Assembly: GCA_963542015.1 (NCBI GenBank)
Contig: CAUTUX010000004.1
Span: 5,497-69,496, forward strand
DNA from: an uncultured Clostridia bacterium
GTDB lineage: Bacteria; Bacillota; Clostridia; Christensenellales; CAG-917
Length of the DNA stretch: 64,000 nt
Reading direction: 5' to 3'
Part shown: one piece after another, positions 51,672 to 61,640 of the stretch
Layout: each line of letters begins with the position of its first letter
How positions within the stretch are numbered: position 1 is the stretch's first letter
Program-made: the position numbers and the translations under genes
The notes under the pieces: model-generated
Seen by the model: only the letters and a program-made list of their open reading frames with translations
Databases searched by the model: none
What the model was told of the DNA's origin: nothing

Positions 51672-53356
51672 TGTTATCAAAATTGTTCGTACAAAACATA
51701 GCATTGATAGAAAAGCTGGAACTTAATTTAAATAATGGTTTAAATATCCTTACGGGTGAAACAGGTGCTGGTAAATCAATAATTATAGATTCCATAAATT
51801 TTGTATTAGGCGAAAGAGCAGATAAAACTTTAATAAGACACGGAAGCGATTATGCGATAGTTGAAGCGGTCTTCGATGAATATCTAACAGATGAAATAAA
51901 ATATTACCTAAATGATATAGGTATTGAATGTGAAGAAATACTTATTATTAAAAGAAAAATGACAATTGATAATAAGAATGAATGTCGTATCAATAATCAA
52001 GTTGTAACATTAAATACATTAAAAGGATTAACTCAGTTGCTTGTTGATGTGTACGGACAACATCAGCATCAGTCTCTTTTGAATGTAAAAGAGCATATTA
52101 ATTTTATTGATTCAATTGGGAAACTTGAAATTATAATCCCCCTAGAAAAATATCAAGAAGCTCTCAGTGAATATTCAAATATATATAATCAACTCAAAGA
52201 ATATGGAGATATTAATGAAAGGCATGAAAAACTTTCAAAGCTTAAAACCATAATAGAAGAGATTGAGACATTAGACCTAAAAGAAAATGAATATGAAGAA
52301 TTGTTAGCACAAAGAGAAAAAATGAAAAATGTCACTGAGATCGCAGAAAAATTAAATAATGTAAAAAATTTCTTAGATAATAGTGAATACTCAATAAGTC
52401 ATCAACTAAAAATGGCAACACAAGCAATTTCGTCTATTACATCGTATGATAATGAACTTGAAGATATATACAATAGACTTGATTCCGCAAAAATAGAATT
52501 AGATGATTTAATTGAAATGCTGGAAGGCAACTTGAATTCCTTGGATTTTAATGAGTTTGAATATGATAGATTAGAAACAAGAATTGAAGAAATAAAACAT
52601 GTATTTAAGAAGTATGCCAACGGCTATGCAAAATTAAATGAGTATTTAAATAATATAAAAATAGAATATGACAACTTAGATAATGCAGATTTTAATATCA
52701 ATGTATTAACTGAAAAATTAAAAAAACTTGAAATAATAGTCAAAGAAAAGGCTGATATTCTATATAAGGCTAGACTAAAAGTAGCAAAGACATTTGAAGA
52801 AAATATCTTAAAACATTTATCAGATTTAGGGATGGGTAGCACTAAATTTAAAGTAGAAATACATCATTTAGAAAATATTGAATCGTATAAAAAGAATGGA
52901 GCAGATGAAGTTGAATTTTTAATTGCACCAAACGCTGGAGAGCCTCTAAAGCCATTATCAAAGATAATTTCTGGTGGCGAGATGTCAAGATTTATGTTGG
53001 CAGTTAAGAATATTAGCTCGGCAACTGATCATATCGCCACAATGATATTTGATGAAATTGATACAGGAATTTCTGGAGTAATATCTCAAAAAGTTGCAGA
53101 AAAAATGTGTAATATTTCTAGACATAAACAAGTTATAGCTATCACACATTTGCCTCAATTGGCATCTATGGCTGATTATCATTATTTCATCGAAAAATAT
53201 GAGAAGGATAATAAAACATTTACAAAAATAGAGTTACTAATGGAACCAGAAAGAGAATTGGCAAGAGTTTTAGGTAATACTGCAAACTCAGAAACTGCAA
53301 TTATTCACGCAAAAGAACTTTTAAAATATGCAAAGGAATACAAAGCTAAACTTTAA
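51671..53356 (+). CDS. recN: DNA repair protein RecN
   Basis: Contains Walker A GETGAGKSI, a coiled coil, SGGEMSRFML and FDEIDTGISG. Confidence 0.95.
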   Translation: MLSKLFVQNIALIEKLELNLNNGLNILTGETGAGKSIIIDSINFVLGERADKTLIRHGSDYAIVEAVFDEYLTDEIKYYLNDIGIECEEILIIKRKMTIDNKNECRINNQVVTLNTLKGLTQLLVDVYGQHQHQSLLNVKEHINFIDSIGKLEIIIPLEKYQEALSEYSNIYNQLKEYGDINERHEKLSKLKTIIEEIETLDLKENEYEELLAQREKMKNVTEIAEKLNNVKNFLDNSEYSISHQLKMATQAISSITSYDNELEDIYNRLDSAKIELDDLIEMLEGNLNSLDFNEFEYDRLETRIEEIKHVFKKYANGYAKLNEYLNNIKIEYDNLDNADFNINVLTEKLKKLEIIVKEKADILYKARLKVAKTFEENILKHLSDLGMGSTKFKVEIHHLENIESYKKNGADEVEFLIAPNAGEPLKPLSKIISGGEMSRFMLAVKNISSATDHIATMIFDEIDTGISGVISQKVAEKMCNISRHKQVIAITHLPQLASMADYHYFIEKYEKDNKTFTKIELLMEPERELARVLGNTANSETAIIHAKELLKYAKEYKAKL

Positions 53357-54731
53357 AATATTCAAGAATTTTCTGAATATTTAATGTTTTAGAAATAATA
53401 ATCGAATTTTTAGTTTTATAATTAAATTTTCCGTATGTAGTTACAAGAATATGTCCATCTTGTGTACACACAATTCCACAATATCCAGTATCGCTATCTG
53501 CAGTTTTGTAATCTCTTTCTTCATTTTGATTTTTTGCATAAGAATGTTGTAGCTTTAGGAGTAGCAAACCAGGTTTTTTATCTTTGATATCACTATAATT
53601 GCCAATCCACAACATAGTTCCTCTTGAAAATTGATTTTTAGGACTTGGTTTATTTCCGTAATATGAAATATCTCTAAACGTCATACAAAGTAACCCTGTA
53701 TTCTTGTCTACAGTAACTTTGTGTCGGTCACCAGTTATGTTTGTAGTTGTTTCTGTAAGGGGACTCCATGTCACACATTCATCCGTTGATGTGGCAAAAT
53801 ATGCTTGAGTTTTTCTATTTTGAGCTCTCATTATAATCATTATTTCGTTACTTTTTGGATCTCTAAAAACACAAGGTTCACACAAACCTGCTAAAGATTC
53901 AATACGGCGTTGATTCATAAATATTGGTTCAGGATCAGACCATTCCATTTCACCATTATCATTAAAGGACAATACAGACTTATAAATTTTAAAAGAGTAG
54001 TCATGAAAGAATCCTGCCCACTTATTTATGAATTGATTTGTATTAGGATCTTTGAGTTGAACTAATGATGCCATCGCTACAATTGGATTCCACTTCCCCG
54101 TCATTTCTTTATATTTATTTCTTTTAGCTAATGGACTAAAAAAATGTTCGAATTCACCCCAGTTTTTACCGTTTTCATCACCTAAAGAACATGAAAAACC
54201 TTCACCATGTTTTATAAACTGTTGCCATCCTGGACGCCCACTTATTAAAATTGTTTTTGTCTCATTTTTATATTTTGGATGCATTTTAAAGTTAAGTTTA
54301 TATAGAGTAGGGGTTTCTTCAGATTTTAAAAATGATTTAGGTAAATCTTTTTCTTTTATCCAAGTATACCCATTGTCATAAGATCTCGACATTAAAATTT
54401 CTCCTCTGCCATGTCCCTTAACATATGTTGTTAAAATTGAACCATCGTTACAAGTAATGCTGTCTGGATGTGCTAAATAATTTTTACGATTAGAATTACT
54501 ATTACTTTTATCTTGGCTTATATATTCATCAACAATTGAGTAATCATACATATGTCTGATTTTATTTCCGAAGTTTGAATCATTAAATTGGTTTTGTTCT
54601 GGCTTTAGAGTTGAATCAATACTTTTATAATTTAGTTCAGGAATAACCTTATTATTTTTTTCACATGAAGCAAAAGAAAAAACAAATAAAATAATCAATA
54701 TTAATGTAAGAATGTATTTTTTTAACCTCAT
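53346..54731 (-). CDS. BNR/Asp-box repeat (sialidase-like) lipoprotein
   Basis: From ATG 54731 the signal peptide ends in the lipobox FASC. Asp-box-like SYDNGYTW and STDECVTW are present. Confidence 0.65.
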   Translation of the reverse strand: MRLKKYILTLILIILFVFSFASCEKNNKVIPELNYKSIDSTLKPEQNQFNDSNFGNKIRHMYDYSIVDEYISQDKSNSNSNRKNYLAHPDSITCNDGSILTTYVKGHGRGEILMSRSYDNGYTWIKEKDLPKSFLKSEETPTLYKLNFKMHPKYKNETKTILISGRPGWQQFIKHGEGFSCSLGDENGKNWGEFEHFFSPLAKRNKYKEMTGKWNPIVAMASLVQLKDPNTNQFINKWAGFFHDYSFKIYKSVLSFNDNGEMEWSDPEPIFMNQRRIESLAGLCEPCVFRDPKSNEIMIIMRAQNRKTQAYFATSTDECVTWSPLTETTTNITGDRHKVTVDKNTGLLCMTFRDISYYGNKPSPKNQFSRGTMLWIGNYSDIKDKKPGLLLLKLQHSYAKNQNEERDYKTADSDTGYCGIVCTQDGHILVTTYGKFNYKTKNSIIISKTLNIQKILEYFKV

Positions 54732-54823
54732 TTGAAAATTATAAACTAAATTTACATCCATGTTAATGTTGTAATCTTTTTATAACAAAACAAAGATGTT
54801 ATCATAAATGTGTTGAGGTAGTA

Positions 54824-55321
54824 ATGTTAAGTGATTTTGAATTAAATATTTATAAAGCATTAGATGAATTAGTCGGTAGCGAAAAGAAATTTAAAATTCT
54901 TGAAACTGAGGATATTTTAAATACTACAAAAAAATTTGATACAACAGCAGATATAGCAAAAATACCAGATGTAATTAAAGACTTTAAAGATAAAGATTTA
55001 ATTGATTTAAAATATTTTACCCCTGAAGAATTTTGCTTGATGATTAAGAAGGATTTAAATGAATTAATTGCTGAAACAAATGTGTACAAAAAAGTAGTAG
55101 AGAGTACAATTGAAAGTAGTCCTTCTGAAAAAAGTACTGAAGATGAAATAAAAAAAGAAAAAGTAACAAAGAAGGAACTAAAATCAGATACCAAAAATAA
55201 AGAACTAACAAGACAAGTAAAATCAAACATGACATTATTATATTCATTTCTTGGCAGCTTTTTCGGTGCAATTGTTTGTGGTATTGTTTTTGTACTATTG
55301 TATTTTTTTCTTAAGAGGTAA
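54824..55321 (+). CDS. hypothetical tail-anchored membrane protein
   Basis: An SD GAGGT precedes the ATG. A soluble N-terminus and a K/E-rich linker are followed by a single C-terminal TM (LLYSFLGSFFGAIVCGIVFVLLYFFL). Confidence 0.45.
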   Translation: MLSDFELNIYKALDELVGSEKKFKILETEDILNTTKKFDTTADIAKIPDVIKDFKDKDLIDLKYFTPEEFCLMIKKDLNELIAETNVYKKVVESTIESSPSEKSTEDEIKKEKVTKKELKSDTKNKELTRQVKSNMTLLYSFLGSFFGAIVCGIVFVLLYFFLKR

Positions 55322-55324
55322 TAG

Positions 55325-55723
55325 TTGGCATTAGAAAAACAACATGTTTTATCAAAAACAGAAAAGACAATAATGAAAACCATTTATAATTCTTCCAACA
55401 AAAAAACGGGAGAGTGTTTGCTTACACCTTATGCTATTTTCGAAAAAGTAAGCTATGACATCAAAATTAACGAATCTGATTTGGAAGAATCGCTTCGTTC
55501 CTTAGAAATTGATGAATATTTCACAAATACAGTATCTGATAAAAAAGGTGAAAAGGTTTACTGCATTAACTTAAGTCCTAAAGGAAGAGCCTTTGCACGT
55601 ACAGAAAAGACATATAAAGTTAATTTGTTCATTAAGATAGTTATTGCTTTAGTTTGCGGAGCTTGCTCTGGGTTGGCAGCTTGGGGTATTAAAACACTGC
55701 TAACTTTATTTATAAAAAAATAG
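55325..55723 (+). CDS. hypothetical wHTH-like protein with a C-terminal membrane anchor
   Basis: TTG start after GAGG. The N-terminal pattern (LSKTEKTIMKTIY...LRSLEIDEYF...INLSPKGRAF) resembles a MarR/PadR-type winged helix. A C-terminal TM follows. Confidence 0.45.
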   Translation: MALEKQHVLSKTEKTIMKTIYNSSNKKTGECLLTPYAIFEKVSYDIKINESDLEESLRSLEIDEYFTNTVSDKKGEKVYCINLSPKGRAFARTEKTYKVNLFIKIVIALVCGACSGLAAWGIKTLLTLFIKK

Positions 55724-55782
55724 AAAATTTGAAAATTAACTATTAAGCGTGCTATTATATTATTTATAGAGCTTTAGGGAAT

Positions 55783-56550
55783 ATGTTTGATATTAATTTA
55801 GTTATAATTATTGCGGTTGTTTTGGTTGCACTTTCAATTGTAACTAGCGTTCTTATAGTTTTAATTAACAATCACCTACAAGAAAAAATCCTTAATAAAA
55901 GAATTGAAGGAGGAAAATATAAAGACTTAGATTTAGATGCATTTGCAGAAGAAAAACGCATTAAAAAATTAAAAGAGCAAAAACATCAAGAAGAGTTAAA
56001 AGTCGAGAAATTAGCCGATAAGAAAAAAGCTAAAGAAGAAAAACTTGAGGCACAAAAGCATAAAGATGAAATTAAAGCAGCAAAAACTGCTGAAAAAGAA
56101 AATCTTAAAGCTGAGAAGTTAGAGAAACAAAGACTTCAAGAAGAACTTAAAGCTGAGAAACTTGCACAAAAGAAAGCAGAGGAAAGTGCGGTTACAAGTG
56201 AATCTAAAAAAGAAGAAAAGCCTCAAAAAGAAACAAAGACAAGTGCAAAGAAAAATATTGAAGCAGATTTAATGAATAGACTTCAGAGTGAATTAGTTAA
56301 ATCAAATGTAATTAAAGAAGAGGATGTTAAAGATAGTCCTACAACTAATAAAAAAGGAAAAGGAACGGACAAAACAAAAACTAAAACTAAGATCACTGCC
56401 GACGCAAACGATTGCGAAACAACTAGACCAAAAAAACAAGTGAAGACTGATATGGAATCAGAATTACAAGCAAAGCTAATTAGAGCAAGACTCGAACTTG
56501 GAAATATAACAGAAGACGAGTTAATTAAATATAAAAAGAAACTTGGTTAA
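55783..56550 (+). CDS. hypothetical N-terminally anchored K/E-rich coiled-coil protein
   Basis: An N-terminal TM (VIIIAVVLVALSIVTSVLIVLI) is followed by repetitive EKL/KAEK segments. Confidence 0.5.
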   Translation: MFDINLVIIIAVVLVALSIVTSVLIVLINNHLQEKILNKRIEGGKYKDLDLDAFAEEKRIKKLKEQKHQEELKVEKLADKKKAKEEKLEAQKHKDEIKAAKTAEKENLKAEKLEKQRLQEELKAEKLAQKKAEESAVTSESKKEEKPQKETKTSAKKNIEADLMNRLQSELVKSNVIKEEDVKDSPTTNKKGKGTDKTKTKTKITADANDCETTRPKKQVKTDMESELQAKLIRARLELGNITEDELIKYKKKLG

Positions 56551-56580
56551 AAAAAATTTACTTTAAAGTAAATAAAAAAT

Positions 56581-56609
56581 AAATAGAGCACTGGTAAAAT
56601 GCTCTATTT
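56581..56609. terminator. bidirectional terminator between the 255-aa ORF and eno
   Basis: aaatagagca-ctggtaaaa-tgctctattt forms a 10-bp stem with A/T-rich flanks. Confidence 0.7.
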
Positions 56610-56620
56610 AATATTTAAAT

Positions 56621-58036
<1,416 letters not shown>

Positions 58037-58060
58037 TTAAAAGCACAAGAGGTGTGAGTA

Positions 58061-59137
58061 ATGTTTAACAGAAAAAAAGACATATTAAATGCTTGGATCC
58101 CTGTAATTTTATTTGTCGCAATTTTTGTAACGATGCTAGTAATTGCGACTTTTAAAGACTTAGAGATAAGTAAATTTCTAACAAGAAATGCCTTGCCTAA
58201 AGGACAAGTTAATTACTTAGCTAAAGATATATATGGAGTAGCTGGTGAAATGGTTGGTGCTATTCCAGTTTTTTTGTTGTTTTCATTTGCTGGTGTTGTT
58301 ACATTTCACTATTTTGATAGATTAAAACTTAAGAGATTACGCATTTTTATGAGAATAATAGGCGTTTTGGTAGTTTTTCTAGGAATGTTCTTAATGTTTA
58401 GAGATATTTTTAAATATTTGTTTAGACATTTATATGCCTATAAATATTTAGATTCAATTACACTCGAATGGAAAGACACTGATTTATATAAAGAAAAAAA
58501 ATTAGCCATGTATTTAGTATATGGCTTTTTAGCCTTAATTTTCAGCACAGTTCTATTATTTGCTGGGCACTCACTTCCAAAAGATAAGTTAAAAAATCTT
58601 TTGATATTTGCAGTAGTGGCTGGATTAGCTGCAATTATAATTGTTGCTTTGACTGAAATTATAAAAACACCAATGGGTAGAGTAAGATATAGATCAATGC
58701 ATGCAATGGGAGACACTGACTTTAGACAGTATACACCATGGTATGTAATGAATGGAGAAAGAAGGGTTAATCTTGCAGAAGCAAGCTATGGATTAGAAAA
58801 GGATGCATTTAAATCTTTCCCATCAGGACATACATCAGCTGCTGGCATAACATATTGTTTATTTATGTTGCCGGAAGTATTGAAAATTAAAAATAAAGAA
58901 TTAAAAAGAATGTGTTATGAGATTCCTATATTTTATACAGGTGCAGTAGCATTAAGCAGAATAGTTGCTGGGGCACATTATATGTCGGATGTACTATTTG
59001 GTGGCACAATGGCATTTTTATTAATGATTTTATTTAAAGAAATATTTATAGTAAAATTTAAAAATATTAAAAGATTATTTGGTAAATATACTCCGATTAT
59101 TGAAGAGACGATAGAAATTCCAGAACAAATAGTTTAA
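58061..59137 (+). CDS. PAP2-family membrane phosphatase
   Basis: Contains the acid phosphatase motifs KTPMGRVRY, PSGHTS and SRIVAGAHYMSD, with multiple TM helices. Confidence 0.8.
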   Translation: MFNRKKDILNAWIPVILFVAIFVTMLVIATFKDLEISKFLTRNALPKGQVNYLAKDIYGVAGEMVGAIPVFLLFSFAGVVTFHYFDRLKLKRLRIFMRIIGVLVVFLGMFLMFRDIFKYLFRHLYAYKYLDSITLEWKDTDLYKEKKLAMYLVYGFLALIFSTVLLFAGHSLPKDKLKNLLIFAVVAGLAAIIIVALTEIIKTPMGRVRYRSMHAMGDTDFRQYTPWYVMNGERRVNLAEASYGLEKDAFKSFPSGHTSAAGITYCLFMLPEVLKIKNKELKRMCYEIPIFYTGAVALSRIVAGAHYMSDVLFGGTMAFLLMILFKEIFIVKFKNIKRLFGKYTPIIEETIEIPEQIV

Positions 59138-59138
59138 T

Positions 59139-59214
59139 GCAGGTATGGCTCAGTCGGTAGAGCAGTTCACTCGTAATGAACAGGCCGTCAGTTCGATTCT
59201 GACTACCTGCTCCA
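59139..59214 (+). tRNA. tRNA-Thr (anticodon CGT), with encoded CCA
   Basis: GCAGGTA/TACCTGC acceptor stem, GCTC/GAGC D stem, GTTCA-CTCGTAA-TGAAC anticodon arm, GTCAG-TTCGATT-CTGAC T arm. It starts 1 nt after the PAP2 stop codon. Confidence 0.9.
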
Positions 59215-59551
59215 ATTAATACAATTTCAACTTATATGCTTTATATACAATATTTTAACGCAAAAAAGTTGATTAATTTAATTTTAAACAAACATGCTTG
59301 TTATTAGAAAAACAAAGCATAAAAGTAAATATAATTTAATTGATAAATATTTGCAAGAAAGAGTATTTCATTGAATCATCATTTACGCTTCTAAATTTAA
59401 AATTAAAGCAAATAAGTTGAACCTATAAAAAATAACTTTAAAATAAGATAAAAAACAGAGAAGTAACTTTTAGTATAAAAATATGCCTGGTTTATGGGTA
59501 ACATCTAACAAAAATTATAATAAGAAATATTAGAATGAGTTAACTTAAAAT

Positions 59552-59578
59552 AAAAAAACACTCAGTGAGTGTTCTTTT
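59552..59578. terminator. bidirectional rho-independent terminator inside the ORF-free region
   Basis: An A7 run is followed by the aacactc-agt-gagtgtt hairpin and then cTTTT. On the minus strand the hairpin is followed by T7. Confidence 0.6.
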
Positions 59579-59755
59579 ATGAGAGCCTCGAGCTCCAGTC
59601 TTATAAACCTAGCTTTTATCTGCACAACATAATTGTGTCACGTCTTTGTAACCATTACACGTTGTCGACAAATAAATAATAAAGGAGAAAAAAATGTCAA
59701 AAATTGAAAAATTGTAAATAGAAAATTAATAAAAAATCAGCCAATAACACAAATA

Positions 59756-59866
59756 TACTTTTATGCTTTAAATAATTAAAAATAAGCGTAAAAGTAATTA
59801 TTTTAAATTATCAAACTATATTTACTTTTATGCTATTAAATATTATAATTAAAGCATTAAAAGAAA
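59756..59866. promoter_or_regulatory. inverted-repeat operator candidates overlapping the promoter of the AbiEi-like gene
   Basis: tacttttatgctt (59756-59768) and aagcgtaaaagta (59784-59796) form a 13-bp IR with 1 mismatch. atttacttttatgct (59820-59834) faces agcattaaaagaaat (59852-59866). A TTTACT-17-TATAAT promoter (59821-59849) lies between them. A further copy, agcataaaagtaaat, lies at 59316-59330. Confidence 0.5.
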
Positions 59867-59873
59867 TTAGCAG

Positions 59874-60470
59874 ATGACAAAATACACAGAGATATTAAAT
59901 ATTGCAAATTCAAATAATGGACTTATTACAACCAACATGATAGTTGATGCTGGTTATTTAAGAAGTAACATAAATTATCTTTTAAAGTTAGGATTATTAA
60001 TTCGTGTGAGTAGAGGAGTATATAAAATACAAGACGCTGTAGAGGATGAATTTTTAAATGCTCAGACAAAATATAAAAAAGGCGTTTTTTGTTTAGAAAC
60101 TGCGTTATATTTATACAATATGATTGATGAAAAACCGAATAAAATACAGATGACATTTCCAAAGACATATAACTATACTAATCCAAAAAAAGATGGAATT
60201 ATATGCAATAATTCTGTAGAGCCACAATATAGTCTGGGTGTAGAAAATGTTATTTCGCCAAGAGGCAATATTGTACGAGCATATAATTTAGAACGAACAA
60301 TTTGCGATATTTTAAAACCTGTAAAAAATAGAGGACTTAGATTTATAAGGGAAACTTTACAAAAATATATGTTAAAAGAGAATAAAAATATAGCTTTTCT
60401 TTCTCAATGTGCTAGAGATTTGAAAGTTGAAAAAGAACTTAAACTACATCTTGAGTTGCTGACATTATGA
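59874..60470 (+). CDS. AbiEi-like antitoxin/transcriptional regulator (no AbiEii partner present)
   Basis: The N-terminal wHTH GLITTNMIVDAGYLRSNINYLLKLGLLIRVSRGVYKI and the C-terminal CLETALYLYNMID...RAYNLERTICDIL match the AbiEi (COG5340) pattern. Confidence 0.7.
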   Translation: MTKYTEILNIANSNNGLITTNMIVDAGYLRSNINYLLKLGLLIRVSRGVYKIQDAVEDEFLNAQTKYKKGVFCLETALYLYNMIDEKPNKIQMTFPKTYNYTNPKKDGIICNNSVEPQYSLGVENVISPRGNIVRAYNLERTICDILKPVKNRGLRFIRETLQKYMLKENKNIAFLSQCARDLKVEKELKLHLELLTL

Positions 60471-60472
60471 TT

Positions 60473-61432
60473 TTATTTTAATAATTTCTTTTTCCAAAGG
60501 ACTATAGCTAGTACAATACTACAAACTAGAGATAGAGCAATTACAACCCAAAATCCCCATTCTTTACCTTGAAATGGAACTTTCGTATTCATTCCCCAAA
60601 ATGCTGCAAATAAAGCTGGAATAGCTAGAATAAGAGTAATAGAAGTTAAGACTTTCATGACAACATTTAAATTGTTTGAAATTATAGAGGCATATGCATC
60701 CATAGTTCCAGATAAAATATCTCTATAAATATTTGCCATTTCAATAGCCTGTTTATTTTCAATAATAACATCATCTAACAATTCTTTATCTTCATCAAAC
60801 ATTTCTATTATTTTGGTTAATTTTTCGACAACTATTAGATTAGATCTTAATGAAGTAGAGAAGTATACTAATGATTGTTCTAAGTTCATCATTTCAATCA
60901 ATTCTTTATTTTTTGTAGATTTTTCAAGTTCATTTTTTATTCTTTGAGAAGCTTTATCTACCTGACTAAGGTATTGTATGTATTTTTTAGAAATTGTGTA
61001 TTGTAATTGTAATAAAAACCGTGATTTTTTATGAACATTAATCCCTCTAATAAATCTTCCATAAATTAAATCGTTAACAATAGAGGTTTCAGAAAGACAA
61101 ATTGTTATTATCGTTTTTCCTGTATTTATAAATCCAAATGGAATAGTTGAATATGTATAAAGATTTTGATCTTCATCTTCTTCAGTAATTGGAATATCTG
61201 TAAGAATTAATGTTGAATCGTTTTCATAATCGATTCTAGGTCTTTCTTCATCATCAAGTGATGATTTAATTAAGTTTTCTTCTACATTAAATGTCTTGGA
61301 AATAAATTCAATTTCTTTATCTGTTGGATTAGATAAATGTAACCAATGATCGGTGTAATCGTAATTATCTAATAAATCCTCAAAATTGATTGAAACTGTT
61401 GAATTATTTTCTTTTTTAAAAACTTGAATCAT
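60473..61432 (-). CDS. corA: CorA-family divalent metal ion transporter
   Basis: The C-terminus has two TM helices with FWGMNTKVPF (GMN signature), preceded by a cytoplasmic funnel-domain-like N-terminus. Confidence 0.85.
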   Translation of the reverse strand: MIQVFKKENNSTVSINFEDLLDNYDYTDHWLHLSNPTDKEIEFISKTFNVEENLIKSSLDDEERPRIDYENDSTLILTDIPITEEDEDQNLYTYSTIPFGFINTGKTIITICLSETSIVNDLIYGRFIRGINVHKKSRFLLQLQYTISKKYIQYLSQVDKASQRIKNELEKSTKNKELIEMMNLEQSLVYFSTSLRSNLIVVEKLTKIIEMFDEDKELLDDVIIENKQAIEMANIYRDILSGTMDAYASIISNNLNVVMKVLTSITLILAIPALFAAFWGMNTKVPFQGKEWGFWVVIALSLVCSIVLAIVLWKKKLLK

Positions 61433-61436
61433 TTAA

Positions 61437-61573
61437 CCCTCCAAAGACTGCCAGAGGGAAACAGTAAATATTTACCTCAGCGTCACAATATTTAAACTTT
61501 TACTTCGACCGTCTGATTCCATTATTTACCTCAAAAGCGTCTTAATTTTAACAAACTTAAATTAACTTATCAA
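61437..61573 (-). promoter_or_regulatory. corA promoter plus ~115-nt structured leader
   Basis: The minus strand carries TTGATA (61573-61568)-17-TAAAAT (61550-61545). There are direct repeats GACGCT(TT)TGAGGTAAATA at 61541-61523 and GACGCTGAGGTAAATA at 61484-61469. A CCCTC...GAGGG hairpin (61458-61437) includes the SD GGAGGG. Confidence 0.4.
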
Positions 61574-61610
61574 ACAAATAAATAACCATATTAGTGCCTT
61601 TTTTATGCAA

Positions 61611-61640
61611 CTATGCGTAAAATTATTATTTTACGCATAG
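61611..61640. repeat. perfect 13-bp inverted repeat (hairpin) immediately after the rep stop codon
   Basis: ctatgcgtaaaat-tatt-attttacgcatag. It is either a terminator-like element or an origin-associated hairpin. Confidence 0.6.

Noticed and set aside
54850-55383. A long antisense ORF (177 aa). Similar antisense ORFs occur at 34738-35220, 43077-43523, 41828-42247, 29313-29720, 9344-9730 and 14147-14518.
   Set aside because: All lie antisense to well-supported genes and have F/L/S/I-rich low-complexity translations, which is typical of the reverse frame of K/E-rich AT-rich genes.
59694-59717. A 7-codon mini-ORF (MSKIEKL) with the strong SD AAAGGAG in the ORF-free region.
   Set aside because: It is too short to evaluate, and SD-like purine runs are frequent in this sequence. 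It is noted only as a possible leader peptide.
61504-61533. ttcgaccgtctgattccattatttacctc as a possible att-type repeat of the tRNA-Thr 3' end (ttcgattctgactacctgctcca).
   Set aside because: Only scattered short matches (TTCGA, CTGA, TACCT) with indels, so it is not a credible direct repeat.
61433-61573. An M-box (ykoK) Mg2+ riboswitch upstream of corA.
   Set aside because: The predicted leader is only ~115 nt, lacks the conserved 5' GTTAGGTGAGGC-type core and the multi-helix layout, and shares only short words (AGACGC, AGGTAA). It is kept as an unclassified leader instead.
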